Source: Geosiphon pyriformis uo1 | Lineage: Eukaryota; Fungi; Glomeromycota | NCBI GenBank assembly: GCA_016748015.1 | Contig: JAAOMT010000400.1 | Span: 434,001 to 498,000, forward strand | Length of the DNA stretch: 64,000 nt | Direction: 5' to 3' | Shown here: in pieces, positions 12,184 to 27,333 of the stretch | Position numbering within the stretch: position 1 is the stretch's first letter | How the letters are laid out: each line of letters starts with the position of its first letter | Program-made: the position numbers and the translations under genes | Notes under the pieces: model-generated | Databases searched by the model: none | Told to the model about the DNA's origin: nothing | What the model saw: only the letters and a program-made list of their open reading frames with translations

Positions 12184-13172
12184 TGTTACTGGAGGTTTTT
12201 GGTCTCTTTTCTGTAATATTGTTGATGCCTGTTTGCTATGAATTCACGTTTTCTGAATGTGGTTGAACCTCCAGTAACTGAATTTATCTTCAAATTATTT
12301 CTTATAATTTGAACTGCTGGGCTTATAAGTGGAATGACTAATTCCGTGCCAGTTATTTTGTATAGTTACATTGTAGTAAATGTCAACTCTTTCTCAGGAA
12401 TTGCTCATCTGGAAGCTCACTAAAAAAAATGTATAGTTACTTTGCTGTGAAAGTCAACTCTTCTACAGGAATTTTCGTCTGTAGGCTACCCAAATGATTT
12501 ATAATAAGAAAAGAAAGAGAATAAAAGAAGTGTAAAAGAAAAAGTAAAACTGATGATGTATGGAAGTTGTTTCGGATCCAGGCCTGGAAGTGCTTTAACA
12601 GTCTACTGAAATTGGTAGCTAATCAATTTCAAACTGTTAGTAGGAATTGATTAATTTCAAGGGAAATAATTTAAGAATTTGACTTTTCAAATTTATTTGA
12701 TATTTTATTTTGTTTTTGTGTATAGAGGATGATTCTAATTATTAAATCTGAAGTAAAATACATTTCCTTGAAGAGAGAAGCTCTTCTTTTATACAACTTG
12801 TCATAACACTATTCTATGAACTTGAACTTTGCTATTTTCTATAATTTTGTCGAACTAAAGATACATTTCAGCAAACTACAAGTTATTTCTGCAAACTATT
12901 AGATATTTCGGTGAACTATCAATTATTTCGGCAAATTTCTTACAAATTTCGAACTTTTTGAATGTTACATAGTTTGGGGTATTGCATGATTGATCATTGT
13001 AATTAGGTTACATTTGTGTTATGTACAAATTGGATTATTAATTAAATGATAATTTCGGATATTTTGCTAATATAATAAGTGATAATTTGAAATGATAATA
13101 TATGCTAATTAATGATAAGATTTATAAGGGTAATTTTATGCTAAACAATATCTCTAATTTTGTTTGGTAATA
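12184..13172 (-). repeat. 5' LTR of element C
   Basis: Direct repeat of 3271-4262; adjacent to the PBS. Confidence 0.96.
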
Positions 13173-13176
13173 CCAT

Positions 13177-16100
13177 TAGCATTTTCGTTTTTTTTTCTTT
13201 TTTTGTAATATACTGTATATTTAAATAGTAAAAGTTTTATTTTCCATCTAGCATGACAGTTGTTTTCAAATTTTTGTTTCTGAATTAATGTCAATCCTTT
13301 GTAATTAGTATAGATGTCAAATTTCTGGCTTAAGTATTTTTTCTATTTCATAACTGCCTAATAAATAGTTAGGTGTTCTAATGCTAGTGTTCTATAGTTT
13401 TTTTTGGCTAGACTTAAACTTTGGCTAGCATATGTTACTGGGTGTTCTCTTTTATCTGGTCTTCTCTGTAATAATACTGCTCCCAATACTTGATCTGATG
13501 TATTGGTAGTAATAATAAATGACTTGCTGTGATCTGAATAGATCAATACTGATGCTTAAATGAGCTTTTTTCTTAAAGTGTCAAAAGCTTTTTGTTATTT
13601 TTCAGTCCATTTATATTTCACATTCTTGGCTTAAAGCTGGTGGAATGGTTGAGCCAGTTTGAAGAAGTTTTGGATAAAGCATTAATAATATCTAGCAAAT
13701 TCTAAGAATGCTCATAGTTCTATCAAATTTGTTAGTACTAGAAAGTTTTTGACAATTTCAATCTTGTTTGAATTTATCTTAATGCTATTTTTGCTCATAA
13801 TATGTTCTAGAAATTTCAATTTCATTTTGTCAAAAAAGCACTTGGTTGTATTCAGTTTCAATTTTGCTCTTTTCAATCTTTTGAACACTTGCTAAAGATA
13901 ATACAAATGATCATCAAATGTTTTTAAGAATACATTGGTGTTATCCAAATATATAACTACTGATTTCTATAGCAGTCTGGTATAAACAATTTCCATAAAC
14001 TGTTAAAATGTAGCTAAAGTATTGATTAAGCCAAATGGCATGACTTCAAATTCAAAATTCTTTTCTCTGATAGTGAATGTGGTTTTTTTTTGTTAGCTGA
14101 ATTCATGGCTACTTGCCAATAACCACTATTTAAGTCTAATATAGAGAACCATTTCTTTTTCTGAAAGCATCAAATAATTCTTGGATTTGTGGAATAGAGT
14201 AATTGTCTTCACAAGTTATATCATTGAGTTTTTTATAATTTACACAAAAGCAGATTTTTCTATTCTTCTTATAAACTAGTACTACTGGTAATGACTATGG
14301 ACTTATTAATAGTTGAATTAATTTATTGTTCAACATTCTGTTGATTTTTTGTTAGATGATTTTATGACTGGCTGGTAACACTCAGTATGCTTTCTGTTTA
14401 ATTGGCATTGCATCTCTAGTTTTGATCTGATGCTAAATAATATCAGTTCAGCCAAATTTATTTTTACTGGCAAAAATGTTAGTGAATTTGTTAAGTAATA
14501 TTTTGAGTTGTATCTGTTAAAGTGGGTCTAAGTTTTCTAAGTTCATTTGTTCTAATTGTTTTGGTTGGAGCAAATAATATTTTTCTTATCCATATATTGT
14601 TTATAATGTAATATTTACATATTCACACAGTTGTAAAAAATTTGAAATAGTGTTTGGTGGTTGGTCTTTAACTTTAGTGTTTAAATATTCAATAGTGGTT
14701 TCTTTTAGTATTTCAATAATGTTTCTAGTTATATTGTAGATAAGAATTTTGATGTGTTTAGGGCTCTTGACTGGTATGTAAAAATTGGTGATTCTAATTT
14801 TTCCTAATTTACAAATGTTAGTTTCTGCTTCAAAAATTTGGGCTTGATTTTTTACTTTTTTTTCTATGGCTAACAGATACTAGTCATATGGTGAAATAGA
14901 AATTAATTGTCAGGTAGAAATAATTTTTTTTTTGTTAATAACTTTTTCTTTTGCCATATTAACTAATACATCTATTTTTTCTGTGAATCCAAATCCACTT
15001 ATTTCTCTTGCTGTCATCCCTAATTTTTCTTTTTTTCTTACTAATATTAACTGAACTATTTTAACCAGAAATAAAAATATCACTTGTGCTATCTTTTTAT
15101 TTGGTTCAATAATATATTCTTTCTTTAAGTTATTTTGTAACATTGCAATAATATTTTCTACATATCCTGTGTTAATTATTCCTTCTCTAATGTTAATTTT
15201 CTTCTTCACTAAACTAGATTTAGATGTTAATTGAACCATAATTGTTGCTAGAATTTCTAGTATTACTTTCAAATCAATACAAGTGTACAAATGTGGTTTC
15301 AATTTAATGATATCTTTTTCTGAATATCTAAGATCAAATTTGGCATTAGTATTATGTACACATTCCAGCATAATGTCTTCATCATTATTACTAAACCATT
15401 TTAGTTTTTGTTTTTTTGTAAGATCAGAAAGTGCAATATATTGTTTTGAATTTAAATCAAAGTCCAAATTATTGTTATCAATGTTGTTATTTTAGACTGA
15501 GCTGAAACTATTGTTTTTATTATCATTATTATCAGAGTTTGAATTAAGATTGAATAGTGCTTTTGATTCCAATTTGCAGCTACTGATTGGTTCTTCCTCT
15601 TTGAAGATCATGTAGATTATGTGTAATGATAGATTGTAAATAAGGTTATACTCATTAAAATATTAAAAATCACAGGAAATTAGACAGTATTGACAAAGTC
15701 AAGTATTCAGCTGTTTTAGTCATTATTCTTGTTTTTCTTTATTCAGTGTTAGATTCTGGTAATATTTATGAAATTGCTCAGAATTGTTCTTAATGTTATC
15801 AAAAACATCAAAAGTTAGGACGTATTCTAGTTTAGAGAGTATTAAGAGATTATTCTTGATTTTTAGTATCTTACTAAGTGAAGCACCTTCTGCTTTTACA
15901 CTTGCCATTCTTCAGATCTCATGTTTGTCATGTAGATAACCTTCTAATCTTTTTAGTGCTCATTTTTAGACATTATTGATAAACATTCTTTTTATACTCA
16001 GTCATTGATTAAAATTGTGTATTGGCACAATTTGTCACATATTCCTTCTTGTTTAGGAATGTCATTTCACATTCTTTTATCAGGTAAAATGGTTTCACAC

Positions 16101-19100
16101 ATAAGACAAGGTTTGTTGTCTCATTTTTTTTGTCTTTTTGGTCTTTCAAATTGCTCAAAAACACATAGGTAACAGTAATACTTGGTTGCTGTTAGCTATT
16201 CTTTGTTGTTGCCATAGTATGTGCCCATTGATGACAATTTCTTGTTACAATCAATGCAAATTAGCTTGAGTTGATAATAGTTTGGCTGTGGTTGAGTGGT
16301 AGTAATATATAGTATATAGATAGAGGTTGTTGCTTGGTGTTTTTCTTCTTTTCTCTCTTTCTTTTTTTCTTTTGTGTAGGCACTAGTAGTAAGTTATTGT
16401 GGTTATCATTAGCCCACAAAACTTGGTAGACTTTCCAGGTAAGTTTTTTTTTTTTCTTCTAATTTAATTAGTGGAGCTTGAATAGTATTGGTTGGTTTAA
16501 AATGACCACATATGACTGGTACTCGAATGTGCTAACTGTTTTGGCTGAGTTGCAATTCTTGAGTGATCAATTAAGTACAGCATTTGTCTTAAACAACCAG
16601 TTATTACCAACCAGAGCTTAGTACTAAGTGGCTTCTATAATGAAAACTTTAATCAGTACACTAATGCCATTGACTTTGATTGGGAAGTTGTTGATTTTGC
16701 TAATTGGAGTCTTGGTGGTTTCATCAACAGTAATAATTCTAATGCTAGTAGTGTGATCAACTTGGTGACTTAATTGGTCCATAAATTGCTTGATAATAAT
16801 GCTGTCTGCTGAACTACTATTTAAGATCAGTTTGATAAACTGATCATCAACTTTGGCATCAGTGTATATCATAGTAATGGGTTTTGTGTCCAGAGTGACT
16901 TTATTAAATAATAGAGTTATTACTGGTTTCTCAAATTCAAAGAGAAAAATCATGGCTAGTAATTCGACATTTGTAATGGTTGCTGAAGGTATATTGTTGG
17001 TAAATGGCTTTTGGTTGGTTTTTTAATGATTGGATTGAATGTCTTTTGGAGTAACCAAAAGACTTAAATAGTATTGAGTGTTTAGATTTTGTGTGTAGCT
17101 AGTTTTCGAATTTTGCTATCATGATCCAGATTGTTGGACTGCTAAACTAAAGATCAATTGGTGCATTACCATTATTAATTGCCAATTTTGACAGATTTAT
17201 GTAGTTCTTAGTCTCTGGTTTCTGTTTTAAGATAAGTTTTGTGATGGTGTTAAAATTGGTTAGATTAATAAATTAGCTGGGTTTGGAATAGTTAATAAAT
17301 TACTGGGGCTGGGTGTTGATAAATTGGTGCTTGATAAATTGGCTGCATTATTTAAGAGTAATAAGGCTAATATTGGTATTGTTTATTTGATAAATTATTG
17401 GCATAGTTTGGGATTTGAAATTTGTGATTAAAGTTTTGATATTGAGTTTTTGATCATTGGTTATTTAACCTTAACTGGCAATCTATTTTTAGATGTTTTT
17501 GTTTACCATAATAGTGGCAAATACATATTTCTTGTAGCCATTGTTAATTTAATGATGATAATTATAATTGATGTTGGAGTCAATTGAAATTTTTTGGGTT
17601 TTCATGATATTATGGCAGCTGATAAATAATCTGATTGCTATTATTATTAGCTAAATATCTCTCTAGTTTCTGATTAATCAAATCACTAAATTGTTTCAGC
17701 TTAGAATCCAATTCAGATGATCTATTCATTACTAGGTTTACAACTTGAGCTTGTTTGGCTTTTAACTCAGTTGATTTAAAATCTCTGGCATAAGTGACTG
17801 TATCTTATAGCATGTCTGGGTGCATTGGCCATATTCATTGTAAGATAATGCTGTGTAGACTATAAATGAATTGATTCAAAATTTGAGGTGCTATAAAATA
17901 ATCCATGTTAATTGCTTGAATCTGGTGCAGATTCTTATAAAAGCATTTCAGATAAATGGTAACTGCTTCAGTTTTTCCTTGTTTAATAGTAGTAAAATGG
18001 GTGAGCAATCAATTAATGCTGTTGTGATTGTTAAAATACTGTAAAAAAGCAGTTTTGAATGCATCAAATGTGTTGGATTTATTTATAAAACTTTGATACT
18101 ATGAGTTGGCTGTATCTTGGAGAAAATAAAAAATGACTTACAGTGCCCTCACATTATCCCAACCATTGGCTACAATTGCTTTCTCTATATTATTGAGCCA
18201 GACTTGAGCATTTTTTTCTTTGCTAGTAAATTTCTCGAGTTTGATAATAGATACATATGCTATTGATACTAGCTGCTGTAATTGCTGTGGATTTTGTTGA
18301 TGGTAAGAAATGGGAATTGGGGTTCCTGGTAGATAAATCTGTATAATTAAAAGTAGGTTTTTTTGATTAATAGGAACAGAGTTTAGATTGTTCAGGTTTT
18401 GTAAAATTGAACCAATCAGAGTTTGTATTTTTGGGTTTTTTAAGATTGGGTTTTGATTATTAATTTCCTAATCACTATTTTTCTCTTCCTTAGAGTTGAT
18501 TATTTCTCAAGGACTAGTGATTTCGAAATCTGGTTGTGGTAGTAGTGATCAAACTCCTGATAGTATTGGGAATCACAATTTAAATTCCTCAAAATACTCA
18601 CCATATGTTCCTAATAACTTTGCTTTTTTTTGTTTATTTTGAAACAAAATTCTGTTTAGTGGTGTTGTCACATTTGCAATGAACATACCTATTATATTAA
18701 TGATGCTTCTGAGTATGTGATGATATAATGGATTAGCAGATAAATCAAATTTTTGTTTCTTTCAGGTGGATAATTGTATTTGCTTTGGGATTTCTGCTGG
18801 TGTTTGTAATCTTTCTTTTCCTTTGTTAGCAAAGATAATGAAAAATCTTTGTTTAGTGTACTTTTTAATTTCTCTGTTTATTTCTGTGATTATTGGTACA
18901 AATAGATGCTTCTGTGGTAATGTAGTGCTTTAGAATAATTTACTGAAGAAGTTGTTAAAAATGGATTCTGGATCTCTTTGGCCTCTCAAATAATATACAA
19001 TTTTTTTGTTGACATAGCAATTAAAAGCTGATTCTGTTGGCCAATTATTATTTGTCAATCCTAGATGACTTTTGTAATACTGGAATAAAAATTTCACAAA

Positions 19101-19200
19101 TCCCAAGTGGTTTGTTTTTAGTTTTTCTAATTCTGCCACTGTTTTGAATGGTTGTTGTTGATGCTGGTTTTTTGTTAGATTATACCTTACAAAAAACACC
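13177..19200 (-). pseudogene. gag-PR-Cys-rich-dUTPase-RT-RNaseH of element B
   Basis: RNaseH 13358-13546; YLDNT at about 13940; dUTPase 14910-15467; protease LILNSSSADSII 16624-16953; knuckle CHYYGKQKHLKIDC at about 17478-17520; N-terminal ORF 18930-19202. Confidence 0.9.
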
Positions 19201-19203
19201 AAA

Positions 19204-20049
19204 TGTTACAAGTGATTATTTGGGGTTTCAAATCAAATAACAAACCTGTAACTTGGTATTTAATAGCTGTTATAATTAATATTCTCTAAAGGTTTTGGTT
19301 GAGTTCTTTGTATAATAGACAAATATTCAATAGTTGTTTTAGTAGCCTTCCAAAATCGCAATTCCATTGAATTTCTTTTTTTAGTATGATGGCCAGTTTA
19401 TTCTAGTAGTCATGCCCTTTTGGTAAGCTATTCTTAATTTCTGAGTTCCCTATCTTTATTTCATGGGTCTTTTACCAGACTATTTTTGATGTTAATAACT
19501 TAATGCTTAATCTCTTTAATTAGTTAGTAATACAATAAAAGAAAGTAAAATAAAGAAAAATAAAAGAAATAAAAAAATAAAAAAATAAGCCAAGACAATA
19601 AAAAGTTAGTATCTGTTAATAGCCATAATCAAGAGCTATTGTTCTAGTGTGATTAAGTATTGGATACTATTAACATATAGTGTTAATAATAAAAAGAATA
19701 ATTTAAATAGTTATTTTATTAATATTGCTAATTCTATTCTATAAGATCTTTTTTTTGCTTTTAATGTTCTCACTATATATACATAATTTGAGTTTTATAA
19801 GATTGCTCATATTTTTGAGTGATGTGCTATGATTTCTTAAGCAATGTGCTCTAATTTTCTAAAATTGCTCCATATTGTTGAGCAATATGCCATAATTTTC
19901 TGATAATGCTTTATATTACTGAGCAATGTGCCATAATTTCTAACAATGCTTTACATTGTTAAACAATGTGCTCATATGTTAACTATTATTTCTCTATTGG
20001 TCTATCTGTTTTTTCTATTATTTTCTTGTATGTTTTTCTATAAGTAACA
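19204..20049 (-). repeat. 5' LTR of element B
   Basis: TGTTACA...TAAGTAACA; preceded on the + strand by the PBS complement CACCAAA. Confidence 0.93.
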
Positions 20050-23000
20050 GCATTAGTAATTTTTTTCAATTGATTAATATTTAATGTGTTTATTATTAAG
20101 TATAACAGTATTTCTGAACAGTCTTAAAATTTTACTTATAATTAGTATATTGCTTGTGTCTATATAAGTAGATTGTTTTTTTTTACAAATTGTTTTATTT
20201 GTTATAATATTATTATATTAAACATTTGTCTTGTTTTATTTGTATACAAGTACTAAATATTGAGCTTTTGTTCCAAATAATAAAAGCAAAAATTTCTAGA
20301 AAATTGTTGTATTCACCATTTTTAATTTTTTTCTGTTAGCTTCTTATATAGTACTATTGTCTTTGGTATTTTTAATGACATTTTTACTTTTGTTATTATA
20401 TTATTTACAATGTTTTTAAGTTTTATGTATATCTTATATTGAACTTTGTATTGGAGTTTTGGTTTTTTTTTTGTGTTTTATATTGAATAGTTTGTTGATT
20501 AATTGTAATTTTTATGTTTAGTTTTTAATATTTAATAACTTAAAATAATTGTTGGATTAGGAAGTGAATATTGTTTGTAATTTCTATTTTTTCTGTTGTT
20601 TTTGTTATGTGTATTGGTTTTTTATATACTGTTTTAATAGATTAATCTGATGTATTTGTGTCAATAATTATAATTGGTTCCAAATTTCATGAAATTTTAT
20701 CTGATTGGACTAGTATTTATTGTATTCTCAGTTGTAAAATATTACTAATAAATGATAATACTATATTGTAGTATAGTTTCAGTTAATTATTATGTACTGC
20801 TTTAGCTAAAATTTTGTTGTTTTATCTTAACTTATAGGCTCTATTTTCCAGAATTTTTTCAATGTAAAATGAACTGTCTTATTTAGAGTTAAACTTTCTA
20901 CTTTATTGTTTTTCTGTTTAGTATAATATAAAAATACTTTGTCTTTAATTCTAAATTTGGCTGGTTTATTTAATAACTGGTTATTATGTTGTTTTTTTTG
21001 TTTTTTCTGTGACTTTTGTATGTTATCAGCTGCTCTTTATCTTTTGTTTTCTAGAGTTTTTATTAAGTTATATGTATTTTTTAGCAATTTTTCTTGAAAA
21101 TTGACTTTTATTATTGGTTTAACTAGATATGTATTGATTTTTATTTTAACTAATAATATTGCTGTTTTATTATAGACTAATTTAAATAGTATTACTTGTA
21201 TAATATCTTGTTTTATTGTCTGATAAGCAAATAATACTAATAATATAAACAAATTTTATTTGTCTTAGTTTTTTTGGCTGATTTTGGCTATTATTTTACA
21301 CAATATTCTGTTGAATTTTTTGACTAAGCCATTTGTTTGTAGATAATATAGTAATAATAATAGTCTTTTAACTCTAGATTTTTGACTTAATTCTATTAAT
21401 ATTCTGTTTACAAAATAAGTTTTTTGGTCTGATAACAATTTTTTTGAATATTTATGTCAACAAATTAAATTCTAATATAGAAATTTGGCTATAAATTCTG
21501 TATTTGTTCTTTAAATTGCTTTAACTTTTGTCTATTTTGTGAGATAATTTATGGCTATTGCTATATATTAGTTGTTTTTGTTGGTTATAATTAATAGTTT
21601 AACTAAATTAATTCCAATTTAATTAAATAATTGTTCTACTTTAATTAGTTTTAATGGTTTACTGAGTCTTGTTCTTCTTCTTCTTTAATAAACATTACAA
21701 TTTTAAACATATTGAATAATATTTAAATATATTAATAGCTAATAGTATCTTTTTCTAGTTTTTTTTATGATTGTTTTTTTATGGAAATGTTCTGCAATTA
21801 AATTTGAGTATATATTAAACAATATTGTCTTTTTTTTTAATTCTGTGATTACTCTAAGTGACTAGTCTAAATTTTTTAATATAGTATATTTTGGTAAATA
21901 ATAAAATATTTTGATTATTGTTTTATGTTGTTTTATATTGTTTTGTTTTTTTTAAGATAATTTTTCTTTAAACTGTTAAGCATTAATATAATATTGAAGT
22001 TGTTGGTATTTTGGTGTGTTTATTTTTTGTTATATTTTTGGATTAAAATTTTTTTAAATTTGTTTCATTTGTAACAAGCCATTAATATTTCTGTTTTTTT
22101 TTTTTATAATATTTAATATAATTAAATAGTAATAATTCTATTTTTTATCTTATATGACAATTATTTCCAAATTTTTACTTCTGAATTAATATTAATCTTT
22201 TATAATTAATATATATATCAAATTTTTGACTTAAATATTCTTTTTATTTGATAACAGTCCAATAAATAACTAAGTATTCTAATGCTAAAATGTCATAGTT
22301 CTTTTCAGTTAAACTTAAACTTTAGTTAACATATATTATTAAATGTTTTTATTTATTAGATTTTTTTTGTAATAGTATAGCTCTCAATGTTTATTCAGAT
22401 GTATTGATAGTAATAATAAATAATTTGTTGTAATCTAAATAAATTATTACTAGAGCTTAAATAAGTTTTTTTCTTAATATGTCAAAAACTTCTTGGTAAT
22501 TTTCAGTTTATTTATATTTAATGTTCTTTGCTTAGAGCTAATAAAGTAGTTAAACCAATTTAGAAAAGTTTTGTATAAAGCAGTAATAGTATTTAGTAAA
22601 TTCCAAGAATATTTTTAGTTTTGTTAAGTTTGTTAATACAAAAAAGTTTTTAACTATTTTGATTTTGTTTGGATCTGTTTTAATGCTGTTTTTGCTTACA
22701 ATATGTCTTAAAAACTTAAATTCAGTTTTTTCAAAGAAAAATTTAGTGACATTCAACTTTAGTCTTACTTATTTTAATTTTTCAAACACTTATTAGAGAT
22801 AATAAAAATGATCATTAAATGTTTTAGAGAATATATTAGTGTTATCTAAATAGATTATTATTGATTTCCATAGTAATTTAATGTAAACAATTTCATTACC
22901 TATTGAAAGATAACTAGAACATTGATTAAGCCAAAAAGCATAATATTGAATTCAAAGTTTTTTTTTCTTATGATAAATACTGTTTTCTTCTTGTCAGCTA

Positions 23001-24013
23001 AATTTATAGCTACTTATTAGTAATTATTATCTAAATTTAATGTTGAAAACCATTTTTTTTCTTCAAAAGCATTGAATAGTTTTTGAATCTGTAAAGTAGA
23101 ATAATTGTCTTTACAAATAATACTGTTAAGTTTTTTATAATTTACACAAAAGTAGATCTTTTCATTTTTTTTTGAATAAATATTATTAGTAATAACTATA
23201 AACTTATTAATAATTAAATTAATTTATTGTCTAACATACAGTTGATTTCTTAATAAATAATTTTATGATTGGTAGATGGTATTTGGTATGCTTTTTGTTT
23301 AATTGGTATTGTATTTCCAGTTTTAATTTAGTGTTGTATAATGTCAGTTTTGTCAAATTTATTTTTACTTGCAAAAATATCAATGAAATTGTTAAATAGC
23401 AGCTTGAATTGTATAAGTTAAAATGAGTCTAAATTTCCTAAGTTTATTTGCTTCAATTATTTTGGTTATAGCAAATAACATTCTTTTTGTTTATAAATAA
23501 TCTGTAATGTAATGTCCACATATTCACACAGTTGTAAAAAATTTGAAATAGTAATTAATGCTTAATTTTCAACTTTAGTGCTTAAATATCTGATAATAGT
23601 TCTATTTAATATTTCTATTGAGTCTTTAGTTATGTTGTATATTAAAATTTTAATGTGTTTGTGGTTTTTGGCTAATATATAAAAATTAGTGATAACAATT
23701 TCTTCTAATCTATAAATAGTAAATTTAACTTTAAAAATTTGAAATTAATCTTTTTTTTTTTTTTTTATAGCTAATATATATTAATTATATGATAAAATAA
23801 AAATTAATTAATAAGTAAAAATAATTTCTTTCTGATTAATTGTTTTTTTTTCTGCCATATTAACTGGTATTTTTATTCTATCTGTAAATTTAAATTTTTT
23901 TTATTCTTTTTGCTGTAATTCTTATATTTTATTTTATTTTTACTAATATTAATTGAGTTATTTTACCAAAAATAAAAATATTGTCTGTGTTATTTTTTTA
24001 TTTGGTTTAATGA

Positions 24014-24843
24014 TGTTACTCATAAAGAAAATGTATAAAAGAAAATAATAAGAAAACAAATAGACCAATAGAAGAGTAATAATTAGCATGTGAGCACATT
24101 GCTCAGTAATATAAAGCAATATCAGAAATTATAACATATTGCTCAGCAATGTGAAGCAATATTAGAAAATTAGGGCATATTGCTCAAGAAATTATAGCAC
24201 ATTATACAAGAATGTAAGCAATTTTATAGAACTTAAATTATGTATATATAGCAAAAGCATTAGAAGCAAAAAAACAAAATAATTACTAATACCTCTCTAT
24301 TATTATATTTTTATTAAAATTATCAATATCAATAAATAATTATTCACTATCTAAATCACTTTTCTTACTATTAATACTTTATGTTAATAGTATTAAATAC
24401 TTGATTATACTGGAATAATAGCTCTTGATTATGGCTATTGATGGAATACTAACTTTATTATCTTGGCTTATATTTTATTTCTTTAATTTTCTTTTATATT
24501 TTATTTCTTGTTGTTGACTAATTGATTAAGGATTAAGCACTAAGTTATTGACATCAAGAATTGCCTGGTAAAAGACCTCTGCAAGAGGGTAGATACTTGA
24601 ATTTAAGGATTACTTATCAAAAAATTACCAGTTACTACACTGAGAAAAAAATTCGATAGAATTGCAATTCTGGAAGATTATTAATAAAACAATCATTGAA
24701 TCTCTGTCTATTATACAAAGAACTCCAACCCAAAACCTTTAGATTATGAAAACCTTCAGAATAATTACCAATATAATTAGCTATTGAGCACCAAGTTATG
24801 AGTTTGTTATTTGATTCAAAACCCTAAATAATCACTTGTAACA
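24014..24843 (+). mobile_element. Solo LTR (B-like) inserted in the dUTPase of A
   Basis: TGTTACT...CTTGTAACA; flanks ATGA (24010-13) and ATGG (24844-47); dUTPase frame resumes on both sides. Confidence 0.9.
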
Positions 24844-27288
24844 ATGGTATATACTTTTTCTGATTTATTTTGTAGTATTGTACTGAAATTTTCTACATAT
24901 TTTGCATCAATTATTTCTCTTCTAATATTAATTCCTTTTTTTACTAAACTAGATTTAAGCATTAATTGGACTATTGTTGTTGTTAGAATTTTTAATGCTA
25001 TTTTTAAATCAATGCTAATATACAAATAAAGTTCTAATTTGATAGCAGTTTTTTCAGAATATCTAAAATTAAACTTTGTATTAATATTATGCATATGTTC
25101 TGACATAATATTTCTATTATTATTACTAAATTATTTAAGTTTCTGCTTCTTTAAAAGATTTAAAAATACAATATATTGTTTGAGATTGTAATTAAAGTTT
25201 AAATTGTCATTATTATTGTTGACATTGTAAACAAAATTGAAATTATTGTTGTCATCATTATTAAAGTTTGAATTAGAATTAAATTTTGATTCTGATTCTG
25301 AAATACAACTGTTAATTGGTTTTTTTCTTCGAAAATCAAATAAATTATATGTAATAATGATTTGTAAATGAGATTACAATTATTACAATATTCGAAATTA
25401 CTGAAAATTAAACAATATTTAGAAAGTCTAGAGTTTAATTGTTCTAAATACTGGTTTTGTTTTTCTTAAGTAAATGTTAGATCTTGGTAATATTTGTAGA
25501 ATTGTTTTGAATTATTCAAAATGTCAATAAATATTTTTGAATTTAAAATAAGAATAATGTTGACAAATTCTAATAGATTATTTTTAATTGCTATTATTTT
25601 ACTAAGTAAAACATTTTTGATTTTGGTACTTGCTATTTTCCAGATCTTATTTTTGTTGTGTGAATAACTGTTTAAATGTAAAAGCACTTGGTTTTAAATA
25701 GTATTGAAATGTGTTTTTTTGCTTATTTAATTATTTATAAGAATTATGTATTGACATAATATGTTGTATGTTTTTTTATAGCTAGAAATGTTATTCTATA
25801 TTCTTTTGTTAAGTAGTATTTTTCTACAAATGAAACATGATTTGTTGTTTTATTTTTTTTGTTATTTTAGATAACCAAAGCATTTTTAGTGACATGTTTT
25901 AGAATAGTAACAGATATGTGTCTTGTAGTTTTTTTTTAACAAGATCCAAGTTCTTATAAATAAAGTTTTTTTTTGTAATTTTTGTATTTAAGTAAGATAT
26001 AGAGTAGTTGTTTTTTTGGGTTTGAAATTAAATATTATATATTTTAACTATTGGCTGTTTTTTCAGTGGCAATAGTGACTTAAAGTTTGTTTTTTTTTGT
26101 TTTTTTTCTAGAAAAGTATTAATAATAATTTATTGTAGTTGTCTTTAGCTTACAAAACTTAATAAGTTTTCCAAATAGAGTTTTTTTTTCAAGCTCAATT
26201 AATGATTGTTTTCTTAAAAGAGCTCTGAAGTGACTACAGATAACAAGTACTTAAGTATGCTAATTATCAAATATTAACTAGAGCTTTTGAATATTCTAGT
26301 TAAGTATAATGTTGGTTTTAAACAGCCAATTATTATTAATGAAAGCTTGATACTATATGGCTTCTATTACTAAAACTTTGATTGACATAATAATATTATT
26401 AATTTTGAAAAAAAAGTTGTTGATTTTACCAATTGAAGTCTTTATTATTCTATTAGTAGTGATAATTTTAATACTAATAACTTAATTAGCTTAATAATCT
26501 AATTGGTCCATGAATTATTATATAATAATACTATCTGCTAACTTGCTATTAAAGATAAATTTAATAGATTAATTATTAATTTTGGCATTAGTGTATATAG
26601 CAATAATTAGTTTAATGTCAAGAATAACTTTACTAAATAAAGATTTTGTTGTTAATTCTTCTAATTTGAAAAAAAAAATAACAGCAAGTAACTTGTTTTT
26701 TATGATAGTTGCTAATAAAATATTGTTGGTAAGTAGTTGTGTTAGTGGTTCTGAATTGTTAGATTAAGCATTTTTTAAAATAATTAAGAAACTTAAATAG
26801 CTCTAAAAATTTGAATTTTAGATGTATTTACTTTCCAAACTCCACTGGCATAATTTTGATGGCTAGTTTAATAAATTAGAAATTAATTAGTGTATTATTA
26901 TTACCAATCTTCAAGTTTGTTGAATATGATTAATTCTTGGTCTTTGGTTTTTAGTAGATATTTGAGTTGAAATTTGGAATAATACTTGAATATGTTGAAA
27001 TTAATAAATAATTTATGATTGTGATAATTAATAAATTACAGATGTTGGAGCTTGATAAATAAAAAATACATATATTAATTACTATATTATTGACATGTAA
27101 TAGAATTGATATTGGTATTGTTTTGATGATGCATTATTAGTGTAGTTTAGGATTTAATACTTGTAATTGAGATTTTAATATTAATTTTCTAATTGTTAGT
27201 TATTTAATCTTGCTTTACAGTCTATTTTTAGATGTCTTTGTTTATTACAGTAATAGCAAATATGTATTTTTTGTTGTCATGGTTAATT

Positions 27289-27291
<3 letters not shown>

Positions 27292-27330
<39 letters not shown>
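27292..27330. repeat. (TAA)n microsatellite in gag of A
   Basis: About 13 TAA units; the matching site in B (about 17550-17570) is short. Confidence 0.8.

Positions 27331-27333
<3 letters not shown>

Larger units (their letters stand above)
3271..13172 (-). mobile_element. Ty3/Gypsy LTR retrotransposon C, full length (9.9 kb), least decayed Gypsy copy; inserted at the RNaseH/integrase boundary of B
   Basis: LTRs 3271-4262 and 12184-13172; TSD CCAT at 3267-3270 and 13173-13176; the empty site is visible in paralogue A at about 22066-22090 (CATTTGTAACAAGCCATTAA). Confidence 0.96.
281..20049 (-). mobile_element. Ty3/Gypsy LTR retrotransposon B, full length, inserted in ORF3 of A
   Basis: Paired LTRs 281-1126 and 19204-20049; TSD GCAT at 277-280 and 20050-20053; PPT 1127-1140; PBS about 19185-19203; internal gag-pol remnants. 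Confidence 0.93.

Noticed and set aside
12184-12410. ORF starting inside the C LTR and reading through the PBS into gag
   Set aside because: An in-frame ATG exists at about 12408, but two stops are shared by both LTR copies.
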